Shown here: positions 1-10,051 of the stretch, one piece after another
Numbering within the stretch: position 1 is the first letter of the stretch
Layout: each line of letters opens with the position of its first letter
DNA from: Ruminococcaceae bacterium UBA6413
GTDB taxonomy: Bacteria; Bacillota; Clostridia; Oscillospirales; Ruminococcaceae
Assembly (NCBI GenBank): GCA_002437415.1
Contig: DJPL01000042.1
Coordinates: 91,752 to 155,751 of the forward strand
Direction: 5' to 3'
Length of the DNA: 64,000 bases
Program-made: the position numbers and the translations under genes
Notes under the pieces: model-generated
Database searches by the model: none
Seen by the model: the letters and a program-made list of their open reading frames with translations, nothing else
What the model was told of the DNA's origin: nothing

Positions 1-48
1 CTTTACGGCAATTACGGAAGTGTCAGCGGAAAGACTGCGGCGAAGTAA
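1..48 (+). CDS. 3' end of an upstream gene (partial, ...LYGNYGSVSGKTAAK*)
   Basis: Open frame from base 1 to TAA at 46-48, followed by a terminator; frame assignment is tentative. Confidence 0.4.
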   Translation, partial: LYGNYGSVSGKTAAK

Positions 49-68
49 ATACTGAACTGAATAAAGAT

Positions 69-105
69 AAAATGAGCATCGGGTTTATATCGGTGCTCAT
101 TTTTT
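69..105 (+). terminator. Rho-independent terminator
   Basis: AAAATGAGCATCG / CGGTGCTCATTTT stem followed by T tract. Confidence 0.8.
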
Positions 106-150
106 GTCTGACGGAATGACAGCAAATTATAGAGTTTTTTTATAAAAGTA

Positions 151-179
151 GTGCAATTTCGTGTCAACTGTGGTATAAT
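151..179 (+). promoter_or_regulatory. sigma-A-type promoter of the dnaD-like operon
   Basis: GTGCAA-17bp-TATAAT with extended -10 TG. Confidence 0.6.
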
Positions 180-224
180 TATAAGGTATATTTAAATCTA
201 AAAACAGATAAAAACGGAGCGATT

Positions 225-1244
225 ATGAGTTACATGATAAATCTCGGCAGCTGGGGCAGTATTTTTGCAGTGCCCTCAGATGTCGTTGACAAATACATAA
301 AGATAGCGAGCGGGAGCAGTATCAAGGTTTTGCTGTATTTCCTGCGTCACAGCGGAGAACAGCTCAGTGACGGCGAGATATCCGATGCACTTTCGATGGC
401 GGCGGAGGACGTAAAGGACGCGCTTTCTTTTTGGGAGCAGGTCGGACTGCTATCTCAAAATCATGGCATTTACGAGCCGAAGCAGGGAGCACCCGCTTCA
501 AAGCCGCAGGCGAAAGAGCCTGTTATGTCCGCTGTATCGGCGAGCGTAACAATTCCGCAGGGCGTTACGGCGCAACAGGCTGAATTTGCCGCAGTAAAGG
601 CGGCGGCTTTACGTTCACCCGAATTTTCACCGGCAGAGATAGCGGACACGGTAAGGAAAGACGACAAGGTCGATTTTCTTTTCAAGACCTGCGAAACGCT
701 TTACGGCAGACCGCTTAAGCACACCGAGCAGAACGCTCTTATCACGATAACAGAGCATATCGGGCTTCCGACCGAGGTCGCGCTTATGATGGTCGATTAC
801 TGCTTTTCAATTAACAGATCATCGCCCGCATATCTTAAGGAAACAGCGATGAACTGGATGGAAAACGGCATAAACGACCTTGCCGCCGCCGAAAGACAGA
901 TATCAATGCTGCAGTCGAAAAACATCGCCGAAAGCTCCGTCAAGTCTATGTTCGGAATAAACAGGGCATTGACGCAGAAAGAAAAGGATTTTGTCGATTT
1001 ATGGTATAACGTATGGAGCTTCAATTCCGAAATGGTAAAGCTGGCTTACGAGATCAATGTCAACGCAAAGGGGCAGTTCGCTTTCCCGTATATCAGCAAG
1101 ATACTTGAAAACTGGCACGCAAAGGGAATTACGACCGAACAGCAGGTAAACGACGAAAAGAATAGCAGACCGATCTCTACCGAGAACAATTCATCGTTTG
1201 ACGCAGAAAAAATCGATGATATGCTGCTTGAAGATTATACATAA
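225..1244 (+). CDS. DnaD/DnaB_2 domain replication protein
   Basis: N-terminal HTH-like segment; two DnaD-type motifs (AYLKETAMNW..GI, YISKILENWHAKGITT); adjacent to a DnaC-like ATPase. Confidence 0.85.
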   Translation: MSYMINLGSWGSIFAVPSDVVDKYIKIASGSSIKVLLYFLRHSGEQLSDGEISDALSMAAEDVKDALSFWEQVGLLSQNHGIYEPKQGAPASKPQAKEPVMSAVSASVTIPQGVTAQQAEFAAVKAAALRSPEFSPAEIADTVRKDDKVDFLFKTCETLYGRPLKHTEQNALITITEHIGLPTEVALMMVDYCFSINRSSPAYLKETAMNWMENGINDLAAAERQISMLQSKNIAESSVKSMFGINRALTQKEKDFVDLWYNVWSFNSEMVKLAYEINVNAKGQFAFPYISKILENWHAKGITTEQQVNDEKNSRPISTENNSSFDAEKIDDMLLEDYT

Positions 1245-1253
1245 GGAGTAAAT

Positions 1254-2243
1254 ATGGCTTATCCGTCAAATTATTATACAAAAGCACAGGAGATCATTGA
1301 TAAGCGCCGCTTTGACAACAGCGTCACGATAGAGAGGCGTACAAGAGAGCTGCGCGTAAAAATTCCCGAAATAGGGGAAATCGATAAAAAGCTCAGCGGC
1401 ACGATAGATGTACTGGCTAAAATCATAATCGCCAAAAGTCCCGATACACCTCAGCTTATCGAGAAGCTCAGAGATGAAAACCTTGCGCTTCAGGAGAGAA
1501 TGAGAACACTGCTCAAAAGCCACGGATATCCCGAGGATTATCTTGACCCGATATTCACCTGCAAGAAGTGCTGTGATACCGGTATCGGCGAACACGGCAG
1601 ATGTTCATGCTATAACGATGTGCTGAAAATGATAGCGTCAAAGGAGCTTAGCAAAAGCCTGCCTATGGGGCTTACCTGCTTTGAGAGCTTCGACCTCAGC
1701 CTTTACAGCGATCAGCCCAAGGCGGAGCTTAAGAATAAATCACCAAGAGATATAATGAAGCAGAATTATGACTACTGCGTTTCGTATTCGGAGAATTTTC
1801 TCGTGCCGGGTGAGAGTATTTTTATGACAGGCGGAACGGGGCTCGGAAAGACGCATCTTTCCCTGTCGGTCGCAAAGAAGGTCATTGAAAAGAACTATTC
1901 CGTGGTGTACGGCTCAGTACCGGATCTGCTAAGACGGATAGAAAACGCTCACTTCAACAAGACCGAGGACGATGCCGAGGTAATGAACACGCTTAAGGAA
2001 TGCGACCTGTTGTTGCTTGACGATCTCGGCGCGGAGTTTGAGTCGCAGTTCTACGTTTCGTGCCTTTATGAGCTGATAAACACAAGGCTGAATTACGGCA
2101 GACCTACGATAGTCAATACAAATCTTACGGGTACAGAGCTGAAAAAGCGTTACGCCGACAGGATAGTATCACGGCTTTATTCTATGAAAACGCTTGTTTT
2201 CAGCGGTGATGATATCAGAATGAAGCTTAAAACCAGACGATAA
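1254..2243 (+). CDS. DnaC/IstB-like AAA+ ATPase (helicase-loader-like)
   Basis: Zn motif CKKCCDTG...CSC; Walker A GGTGLGKT; Walker B LLLLDDLG; NTNL and DRIVSRL motifs. Confidence 0.85.
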   Translation: MAYPSNYYTKAQEIIDKRRFDNSVTIERRTRELRVKIPEIGEIDKKLSGTIDVLAKIIIAKSPDTPQLIEKLRDENLALQERMRTLLKSHGYPEDYLDPIFTCKKCCDTGIGEHGRCSCYNDVLKMIASKELSKSLPMGLTCFESFDLSLYSDQPKAELKNKSPRDIMKQNYDYCVSYSENFLVPGESIFMTGGTGLGKTHLSLSVAKKVIEKNYSVVYGSVPDLLRRIENAHFNKTEDDAEVMNTLKECDLLLLDDLGAEFESQFYVSCLYELINTRLNYGRPTIVNTNLTGTELKKRYADRIVSRLYSMKTLVFSGDDIRMKLKTRR

Positions 2244-2268
2244 ACGATAAAATATAAGGGGTGTATGT

Positions 2269-3555
2269 ATGAGCAGAGGAGCTGCGGTATTTTTTATTCT
2301 CGGCGTGATCGCCGTTGTATTCTCACTTATCTTTCCCGATAATTCAAAACGCAGTGTAAGAAATGCGATTTCGTATTATCGCGCGGAGGATATCGAAGAA
2401 ACCGACTACGATTATTTCAGAGAGCGGCTCAGAAGTCCTGTAGAGCTTCCGTTTGAATATTCATTTGACGATAAGGAGTTCGACAACGGCTTTGAGTATG
2501 AATTCAATCCCAATGTCAAGTCGGGATATTATCACAAGCCACAGACCTTGAAATTTGATTGCAGTGACACAATATGGTATACGACTGACGGAACACTGCC
2601 CGAAAAGGATAAAACCGCTTATCTTTATGACCCCGAGATCGGTATCCGAATGGAGACCGGCGTAACGAATATCTGTGTCAGAGCGGAGAAGGACGGCAAG
2701 ATGAGCCGCGTGTATATAGGTTCTTATGTCATACTCGGTACAACGGAGGACGCGTTTTACGGATACGGGTATAATTCGCTCGGCAAGTATGACAGGTATA
2801 TTTATTCCTGCCTTTACAGGGCAATAAGCAACTTTGAAACGAGGTTTGACGTGCCGTTTACGGGTGTGTCTTATCAGCGTTTGTACAGAATTCTGATGTG
2901 CGTAAACTATGACAATCCGCTTCTATTCCAAGCCCCGCTTTCGTTCAGGAGCTGGAGCGGCAGTAAGAATGACGTAAGCTCAATAGTGCTCGACTACGAC
3001 TTCACTAAGGCTGAATGCGAATACTACGTTCAGCAGACCGAAAAGAGAGCGACCGAGATATTGGAAAAAGCCGACGGTGCGGAGTCACTGATCGATTATC
3101 TGCTTGATATACATGACGAAATACTGAAAAATGCAGAATATGACTATTCGCTCAAAGGTAACGGAACATATGAGGCGTTCGGCGTGCTTAATGTCGGAAG
3201 CGGTGTATGCGAGTCGTACTCAAGAGCTTATCAGTATCTTTGCCAGTGCATAGCGGTGGATAATATACTGGTAGTCGGACTCAGCGACGGCGAGCCGCAT
3301 ATGTGGAATATGGTACAGCTTGACGGCGAGTGGTATCACGCCGACCTTACCTGGGACGACGGCGACAACAATATGATAGATTATTATTATTTCTCATTCA
3401 ACGATAATAACCTTGACGACTACGGACAGAGAAAGATCTCTCCAGAGCTCTCGGAAAACAGTGCTATACTTGATATGTACAGCGACTCCAACTATTATCC
3501 GATACCGAATGCGATAGGACTAAAATATACAGTAACGAATATGTTTCTGAACTGA
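2269..3555 (+). CDS. Membrane-anchored protein with Fn3-associated-like module and transglutaminase-like domain
   Basis: N-terminal TM; IWYTTDGTLP motif; putative Cys-His-Asp triad GVCESY / HMWN / DLTWD. Confidence 0.75.
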   Translation: MSRGAAVFFILGVIAVVFSLIFPDNSKRSVRNAISYYRAEDIEETDYDYFRERLRSPVELPFEYSFDDKEFDNGFEYEFNPNVKSGYYHKPQTLKFDCSDTIWYTTDGTLPEKDKTAYLYDPEIGIRMETGVTNICVRAEKDGKMSRVYIGSYVILGTTEDAFYGYGYNSLGKYDRYIYSCLYRAISNFETRFDVPFTGVSYQRLYRILMCVNYDNPLLFQAPLSFRSWSGSKNDVSSIVLDYDFTKAECEYYVQQTEKRATEILEKADGAESLIDYLLDIHDEILKNAEYDYSLKGNGTYEAFGVLNVGSGVCESYSRAYQYLCQCIAVDNILVVGLSDGEPHMWNMVQLDGEWYHADLTWDDGDNNMIDYYYFSFNDNNLDDYGQRKISPELSENSAILDMYSDSNYYPIPNAIGLKYTVTNMFLN

Positions 3556-3582
3556 CGCTTTATAATTAAAGGAAGTGATCAA

Positions 3583-6165
3583 TTGAAAAAAATATTTATA
3601 AAAATACTGGCGGTTGCATTGGCTTCAGCGCTGATGCTGACATCACTCAGCGCCTGCTCCGTAAACGATAATGACAAGGACAGGGAAGAGCATAATTTCG
3701 CGGAAATGAAGTCGGACAGCGAGCTTGCTTACAACACCAAGGGTGAGTTCTCGGTCAATGTGTCTGCCGACAATATCACGCTTAATAAAGATATCAGCGC
3801 CGACAGTGTAAAAGTATTCTATTCATATATCGACAGCGACAAGCTTCCTGATATTGACGCATCGCAGGCGGTAAAGCTGAACACTGACGAATACTCGGCG
3901 GTGTACGCAAAGGTCACATCGCTTACGGTCAATTCGGGGCACTCGGCAACGGTCGCTTTCAGCGACAGCAGGTTCAGCGAAAATCAACCGGATTGCTTCT
4001 TTGTGCTGTTTGATAAGAAGACCAACGCTTCGGGAAGGTATCTTGTTTCGATGATACCCGTAAAGTATACGGCATATTCGCTTGTCAGCGATACTACACA
4101 GATACGCTCGGAAAGCACAAGCAACAAATTTAAGCTGACGCTCGACAAAAGCAGCTTTGCAAGCGAGGTTACGGCGGATGATATTGTGCTGTCGGGCGGC
4201 TTTGAAAACTGCGAAATAAGCGATATTGAAAAGGTCGGCGACAATACGCTGTCATTCGTGATAAATTCGGACAGCGGCTATAATTCGGATGATGACGGCT
4301 GTATAACCGTTAAGCGCAGAGCTATCACAGACGCGGCAGTCGATGTGTCTACTGCGGTGGATATAGTATCGCCGTCGGTCGTTTTCCAATCAAACGACTT
4401 TGAGGCTTCGACAAATTACGCAAGAATACACATTTCCCTTGTTGACTGCACATTCAGCGACAGTGTTCAGGTAAGTATGTTCGGCTGTGATGACAACAGC
4501 GTTGAGATAACACGCTTTGACAGAGTGTCGGCAAATGACGGAGTATTGTATCTTTCGTTTGATACGGAAGCACCGTCCAAGGCAATTGCGCTTATATCCG
4601 GCTGTACATTCAGCATTAAGGACAGTGCACTGAGTATAAATTATCCGCTGGATTTTAACGTATCACCCAGATCTCCCGATGTAAGCGCGGTTATTACAAA
4701 GGTCGAGGAGAACGGCTCGGACTTCAGGGTAACGGCACAGTTCAGCGTTGTAGACGGCACATTCAACGTTATTAGCAAGAACAGCTTTATATTCAGCGGC
4801 GACTATTCAAAAGCGGTTATAACATCAATAACGGCACAGGACGATATGGCTACTGTCTGCTTTGATATACCTAAAACCTCGTCGGCGGAAAACGCGGAGT
4901 TGTACGGCACTGTCGGTATACGCTCGGGCGCTGTTATGAGCCGCTGGGGCATACAAACGAATATCGCGGCATTCCCGCTGTATTACAGCGCCGCCGAGCA
5001 GGACAGCGATGATATCGATAATGCCGATTATGATGAGTTGCACGATATGCTCACAGCTATGAATGAATATTTCGGTACGATCGGCATCGGCAATGAGCTT
5101 TCGCTTGACGGACTGTCTGCGGCGACAGTCGGAAGCGGTACGTTTGACGAATATTACGCAAAGCTCAGCGATAAGTACGGCTATATCTACAGATCTGTGA
5201 AGAGAACAAATGAGCTTCTCGGCTCTGACAGAATAACATCCGGAACAGAAATTACAGAGGATATGTACAGCGTTGAGAGATATATGAACGATCTTTTAGC
5301 AATGCATACTCTCATACGTCCTGTTTGTGACAGCACGGCAAAGCTGTTTGCAATATATGACCGTATGAGTACGACAATGGATACCCAGGAGCTTGAAACT
5401 CTCAGCTCCGAGGCAAAGGAGCTTACTGCTAAGATAACGGCTGTATATTCGGCTAAGGTCAAGGGCATATCCTACAGCAAGCTGCTTGAGCGTATCATTT
5501 CCGGGTACACAGACGGTGCGCTTGATTCTTTTGACGCGCTGTGTGATAATATCTATAACTGGTATCCCGAGGGAGTCAGCGATAAAAAGATGTTCAGAAG
5601 TATGTCGCTTAGCGTAATTATCAATGCGGCGGTTATTGAGTATATTTCGACCTCAGGGAATGAGAGCAATGCAGATGAGTTTGCAGGGATATGTAACAGC
5701 CTGACGACCCTTGACAGCTATCTTGACGCACATAATGTAAACAGCGGTGAAAGCGGCAGAATACTGAGTACGACGCTTGGCAGAACATTCAGTCTGCAAA
5801 AGGTAAACTCGTTATTGTCAGACCCTACAAATGAAATAACGCTTTCCGAAATTTCACTGCTTGAGAATTATATGAACAAAGACAGCTCCATGGAAAATGA
5901 GCTTATAAATGTCGGCTTTGATGTTTCATCTGTGAGATATATAGTATGCGCCGACAGCAATATAACAAGCAGGTCACAGGCAGAGCAGGGTCGGCATATG
6001 TATTCGTTTGTAAGGCGTGCGACATTGTATGACCTGACCGTTTCTCAGACGGTAAACGAGATGGAATACTGTAATTACTATTACAGCATCGAAATTGACG
6101 ATAACGGAAAGCCGACAGCCGTACCGTATGTCAACGTTTATTACAGGCTTTATACGCTTAAGTGA
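3583..6165 (+). CDS. Large hypothetical lipoprotein (beta-rich N-half, helical C-half)
   Basis: TTG start with AAGGAAG SD; lipobox LSAC; 860-aa ORF. Confidence 0.7.
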   Translation: MKKIFIKILAVALASALMLTSLSACSVNDNDKDREEHNFAEMKSDSELAYNTKGEFSVNVSADNITLNKDISADSVKVFYSYIDSDKLPDIDASQAVKLNTDEYSAVYAKVTSLTVNSGHSATVAFSDSRFSENQPDCFFVLFDKKTNASGRYLVSMIPVKYTAYSLVSDTTQIRSESTSNKFKLTLDKSSFASEVTADDIVLSGGFENCEISDIEKVGDNTLSFVINSDSGYNSDDDGCITVKRRAITDAAVDVSTAVDIVSPSVVFQSNDFEASTNYARIHISLVDCTFSDSVQVSMFGCDDNSVEITRFDRVSANDGVLYLSFDTEAPSKAIALISGCTFSIKDSALSINYPLDFNVSPRSPDVSAVITKVEENGSDFRVTAQFSVVDGTFNVISKNSFIFSGDYSKAVITSITAQDDMATVCFDIPKTSSAENAELYGTVGIRSGAVMSRWGIQTNIAAFPLYYSAAEQDSDDIDNADYDELHDMLTAMNEYFGTIGIGNELSLDGLSAATVGSGTFDEYYAKLSDKYGYIYRSVKRTNELLGSDRITSGTEITEDMYSVERYMNDLLAMHTLIRPVCDSTAKLFAIYDRMSTTMDTQELETLSSEAKELTAKITAVYSAKVKGISYSKLLERIISGYTDGALDSFDALCDNIYNWYPEGVSDKKMFRSMSLSVIINAAVIEYISTSGNESNADEFAGICNSLTTLDSYLDAHNVNSGESGRILSTTLGRTFSLQKVNSLLSDPTNEITLSEISLLENYMNKDSSMENELINVGFDVSSVRYIVCADSNITSRSQAEQGRHMYSFVRRATLYDLTVSQTVNEMEYCNYYYSIEIDDNGKPTAVPYVNVYYRLYTLK

Positions 6166-6220
6166 TTTTTTGCAAAATTACTGTTCGGTTTCTATTTTGT
6201 ATTGTAAAGGTGAAAAACTA

Positions 6221-6772
6221 TTGAATTATATAAAAGAAAACACGATCGCGACTGAAAGACTTATTATCAGACCTGTAGCCGGTTCGGATACGGAAGATAT
6301 CCACAAATATGCAGGCGATAAGGAAATCAATATGATGCTTTTTCTGCCGAATGATACGGTTGAACAAACCGTAGAATTTGTCCGGAACGCAGTTCGGGAG
6401 TGGGCAAACGAAGAGCCGTCAATCAGAGAATATGTAATGCTGTATAACGACAGGATCATCGGCGGTATCGACCTTGAAACGCTTGATGAAAGCACTTATG
6501 AAATAGGTTGGGTAGTAAGCAAGGAGTACAGGAACAACGGGTTTGTAACCGAGGCGGGCAACGCGCTTATCGGGTATGCGTTTGATGTGCTGTCGGCAAA
6601 AAAGGTGATAGCTCATTGCGACATAAGAAACAGTGCATCGGAAAAAGTGATGAAAAAGCTCGGAATGACACTTACAGATAACAGCGGCACACGGTTTTAC
6701 GAAAGGACGGGTGTGACATCGGGAGAGCTTACATATTCTATCGATAAGTCGGATTATGAAGGTAACGAATAA
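6221..6772 (+). CDS. GNAT (RimJ/RimL-type) N-acetyltransferase
   Basis: TERLIIRP, EIGW..EYRNNGFVTEA and N.ASEKVMKKLGM motifs; start moved to TTG 6221 after AAGGTG. Confidence 0.85.
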   Translation: MNYIKENTIATERLIIRPVAGSDTEDIHKYAGDKEINMMLFLPNDTVEQTVEFVRNAVREWANEEPSIREYVMLYNDRIIGGIDLETLDESTYEIGWVVSKEYRNNGFVTEAGNALIGYAFDVLSAKKVIAHCDIRNSASEKVMKKLGMTLTDNSGTRFYERTGVTSGELTYSIDKSDYEGNE

Positions 6773-6796
6773 TTCTGCGGTGTGATTTACAATAGT

Positions 6797-6825
6797 AAAA
6801 ACGGGGCTGTATAAACAGTCCCGTT
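6797..6825 (-). terminator. Terminator between convergent genes
   Basis: AACGGGGCTGT-ATAA-ACAGTCCCGTT hairpin; T tract on minus strand. Confidence 0.7.
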
Positions 6826-6843
6826 AAATATTAGCGTTAAAGA

Positions 6844-7137
6844 TTATTCCTGAGCTTCAGCTTCAGCCGCTTTTTCTTCAGCAGGTTCTTCGGTAGCTTC
6901 TTCTGCTGTTTCAGCCTTTGCTTCGTCATCAGCATTGTTCATAACCTCGGCAGGGTCAAGAACCTCATCGTCGTCATCGAAGAATTCATCGTCGAAATCT
7001 TCATCGCTGTCCATTATATCATCGAACTGATCGTATTCGATCTCCTTTTCTGTCTTTTTCTTAAGATATATAAAGACAGCTGCAACAGCACCGAGTACTG
7101 CGAGAGTGCCAACGGCAAAACCGGTAAATGCTTTCAT
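6844..7137 (-). CDS. Small single-TM protein with highly acidic tail
   Basis: GAGGT SD before ATG 7137; hydrophobic N-terminus, KKK, then D/E-rich region; own promoter and terminator. Confidence 0.75.
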   Translation of the reverse strand: MKAFTGFAVGTLAVLGAVAAVFIYLKKKTEKEIEYDQFDDIMDSDEDFDDEFFDDDDEVLDPAEVMNNADDEAKAETAEEATEEPAEEKAAEAEAQE

Positions 7138-7181
7138 TTTCAACCTCTTTCCGGTGCTTTCACACCAACTTTATTGTAATT

Positions 7182-7210
7182 ATTATACTATATTCACAGT
7201 CGGATTTCAA
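7182..7210 (-). promoter_or_regulatory. sigma-A promoter of the acidic membrane protein gene
   Basis: TTGAAA-17bp-TATAAT on minus strand. Confidence 0.65.
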
Positions 7211-7247
7211 GTGTTTTTTATCAATATGAGCAGTTTTAACAAAATTC

Positions 7248-8003
7248 TTACAGGTTTCCTGTCAAATTCATCAAAACGGCAAGCGCCGCAACAGGTGCGG
7301 TCTCACATCTTAAAATGCGTTCGCCCAGATGCACCGCGGTAAATCCCTTTGAGAGTGCATATTCGACTTCTTCCTTTTCAAAACCGCCCTCACTGCCGAT
7401 GAATACTGCGATTTTCTTTTTAGACAGATCAAGCTCGGACAGCTTTTTGCCGCCGCATTCATAGAAAATTATCGGCAGGGTGTCGCTGTCTATGCCGTTT
7501 ACGGCGGACTTAAAATCGGTAAACGGCATAACCTCGGGGATTTTTCCTCTGCCGCACTGCTTTGAAGCTTCATATGCTATGCGCTGTAAGCGCTGTACCT
7601 TTTTATCGGCACTTTTGGCATCTGGGCGGGAAACACAGCGCTTTGACAGGAACGGCACAACACGCGCCGCACCAAGCTCTGTCGCTTTCTGTACGATGAA
7701 ATCGAGCTTATCATTCTTCGGGATAGCCTGATAGAGCGTGATTTCAACATCGGGCTCAGCCGCGTTATCCTTTTTGTCGAGTATCGCAAATTCTACCGAG
7801 CTTTTATTCTCAGCCGAGGACAGCTCACACAGATAATCGTGACCGTTTTTATCGCAGATTATCGCCTTGTCGCCTGTTCTCATTCTCAGGACCTGCACGA
7901 TATGCTTTGAGTCCTCGCTATTCATATATATTGTTCTGCCGTCTTCGTCTATTGTATCCGAGAAAAATCTTGGATATCTCCATTTTTCGAGCTCTTCTGC
8001 CAT
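7248..8003 (-). CDS. rsmE: 16S rRNA m3U1498 methyltransferase
   Basis: HIVQVLRM, QKATELG, EASKQCGR, IGSEGGF, LGERILRCETA; AGGAG SD before ATG 8003. Confidence 0.95.
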   Translation of the reverse strand: MAEELEKWRYPRFFSDTIDEDGRTIYMNSEDSKHIVQVLRMRTGDKAIICDKNGHDYLCELSSAENKSSVEFAILDKKDNAAEPDVEITLYQAIPKNDKLDFIVQKATELGAARVVPFLSKRCVSRPDAKSADKKVQRLQRIAYEASKQCGRGKIPEVMPFTDFKSAVNGIDSDTLPIIFYECGGKKLSELDLSKKKIAVFIGSEGGFEKEEVEYALSKGFTAVHLGERILRCETAPVAALAVLMNLTGNL

Positions 8004-8013
8004 ATATTCTCCT

Positions 8014-10047
8014 TTACGCATTCGGCGTATTTTCAAATAATTTGTTTATCATTTTCATATAACTGCTGTTTTCAGGCTTTTCAAGGTGGATATCATCACG
8101 CAGGATATCATCTGCCGCTTCGCCCGTCAGTTTGAGTATGTCAAGGTCGGCGTATATGTCGGCAATCTTTAGCTGAGGAAGACCGTGCTGCTTGCTTCCG
8201 AAAAAGTCACCCGGTCCGCGGAGCTTAAGATCTTCGTTGGCGATTTCAAAGCCGTCGGTGGTTCGTACCATTGTATCCATACGCTGTTTTGTGTATTCGC
8301 TTTTATTGTCGGTGACAAGAATACAGTGTGATTGCTCCGCACCTCTGCCGACTCTGCCTCTGAGCTGGTGAAGCTGTGACAGTCCGAACTGCTCGGCGTT
8401 TTCGATTATCATAACGACAGCATTCGGAACATCGACGCCGACCTCTATTACCGTTGTCGCAACAAGGACTTTCAGCTTGTTATCCTTGAAGTCCTGCATT
8501 ACCGCGTCCTTGTCGGCTTGCTTCATCTTACCGTGGAGAAGTCCTGTCGGGACGTTTGCAAGGCAGGTGCTCTGAAGCGAGTTAATATAATCGGTCGCCG
8601 CCGCCTTTTCGGTCACTCCCTCTTCTATAAGCGGGCAGACGATATACGCCTGAAAGCCGTTTTTTACATATTTCAGAATGAACCTATACAGCCGTTCACG
8701 GTAGCTTGTATCGACTGCATATGTCCTTACGGGAAGTCTGCCTTTCGGCATTTCGTCAAGTATCGATATATCAAGGTCGCCGTATATTATCATACCAAGT
8801 GTGCGGGGGATAGGTGTTGCCGACATTACAAGAACGTGGGGTTCGTTACCCTTTGAGCCGAGTGCCGCGCGCTGTTCGACACCGAAACGGTGCTGTTCGT
8901 CGGTTATCACAAGACCGAGTGAGCTGAACCTTGTGCTTTTCTGTATGAGCGCCTGCGTGCCGACTGCAACGTCGATCTGACCGTCCGCAATTAGCTGTCT
9001 TATCTGCCTTTTCTGCGCGGGGGTCTGTGAGCCTGTGAGCAGAGCAATATTCACTCCAAGCGGTGCTAGGAACTTGTAAAGCGTATCATAGTGCTGTTTT
9101 GCCAAAATCTCGGTAGGTGCCATAAGAGTGGACTGGTAGCCGTTAAGATAGGCAAAATATGCCGCTCCTGCCGCTACGGCGGTTTTACCGGAGCCGACAT
9201 CACCCTGTAAAAGTCTGTTCATCGGCACGGACTTCTGCATATCGGCACAACAGTCCGATATAGCGCGTTTCTGCGCTCCTGTCAGCTCAAACGGCAGAGA
9301 AGAGTAGTAAGGCTCAACGCTCTTGTCTTGCATTGTCGCGCCCGCAAGATGTTTATTGCGGTTCTTCATCGACTTAAGACCGAGCTGTAAAAGGAACAGC
9401 TCTTCAAATGTAAGGCGGTATTTAGCCTTGTCGTACTGCTCTTTATTTTCCGGGAAATGAATCCATCTGAGAGCGGTGTCGTAAGCAATGAGATCGTATT
9501 TTTCTCTCAGGCTATCCGACAGATAATCCTCATAGGTAAAGCCGCTGAGGACGTTTTTGATGCAGTTTGACATTATGCCCTGTGATATTCCTGTTGTAAG
9601 GCTGTAGCGGGGCATAAGCTTGTTCGGCTCTGAGGAGTCAATAAAAACAGGCGAGTTCATTTCCTTCCTGAGAAAATCACCCGCCGCTTTGCCGTAAAAG
9701 CAATATTCGTTATCGAGCTTAAGCCTTGCGAAAGAATAGTCACTATTGAAAAATGTAATCAGCATATCGCCTGTGCCGTCACTGACTAATACCTTGAATA
9801 TATTTATCCTGCCGTAATACGGCGGGAACTTCTTTGTAACGAATGCTTTTACAACGTGGTTTTCACCGTCATTTATCAGATCCGATATTGCATTCGTTTC
9901 ATTGAAGTCAATATATCCTCTGGGATAATGCTCGGCAAGCTGTAACGCTGTTGTAATGCCGAGCTTTCCGAGAAGCTTTGCTCGTTTTTCTCCGACACCC
10001 TTGATATAGCAGACAGGGGAGTCGGGGCTTTTTTTAATTTCGTTCAT
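8014..10047 (-). CDS. recG: ATP-dependent DNA helicase RecG
   Basis: [47 protein letters not shown]. Confidence 0.97.
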   Translation of the reverse strand: MNEIKKSPDSPVCYIKGVGEKRAKLLGKLGITTALQLAEHYPRGYIDFNETNAISDLINDGENHVVKAFVTKKFPPYYGRINIFKVLVSDGTGDMLITFFNSDYSFARLKLDNEYCFYGKAAGDFLRKEMNSPVFIDSSEPNKLMPRYSLTTGISQGIMSNCIKNVLSGFTYEDYLSDSLREKYDLIAYDTALRWIHFPENKEQYDKAKYRLTFEELFLLQLGLKSMKNRNKHLAGATMQDKSVEPYYSSLPFELTGAQKRAISDCCADMQKSVPMNRLLQGDVGSGKTAVAAGAAYFAYLNGYQSTLMAPTEILAKQHYDTLYKFLAPLGVNIALLTGSQTPAQKRQIRQLIADGQIDVAVGTQALIQKSTRFSSLGLVITDEQHRFGVEQRAALGSKGNEPHVLVMSATPIPRTLGMIIYGDLDISILDEMPKGRLPVRTYAVDTSYRERLYRFILKYVKNGFQAYIVCPLIEEGVTEKAAATDYINSLQSTCLANVPTGLLHGKMKQADKDAVMQDFKDNKLKVLVATTVIEVGVDVPNAVVMIIENAEQFGLSQLHQLRGRVGRGAEQSHCILVTDNKSEYTKQRMDTMVRTTDGFEIANEDLKLRGPGDFFGSKQHGLPQLKIADIYADLDILKLTGEAADDILRDDIHLEKPENSSYMKMINKLFENTPNA

Positions 10048-10051
10048 AAAA

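Noticed and set aside
225..2243. DnaD plus DnaC/IstB pair as a prophage or IS21 module
   Set aside because: No integrase, IstA transposase or phage structural genes nearby; it fits the chromosomal clostridial helicase-loader pair
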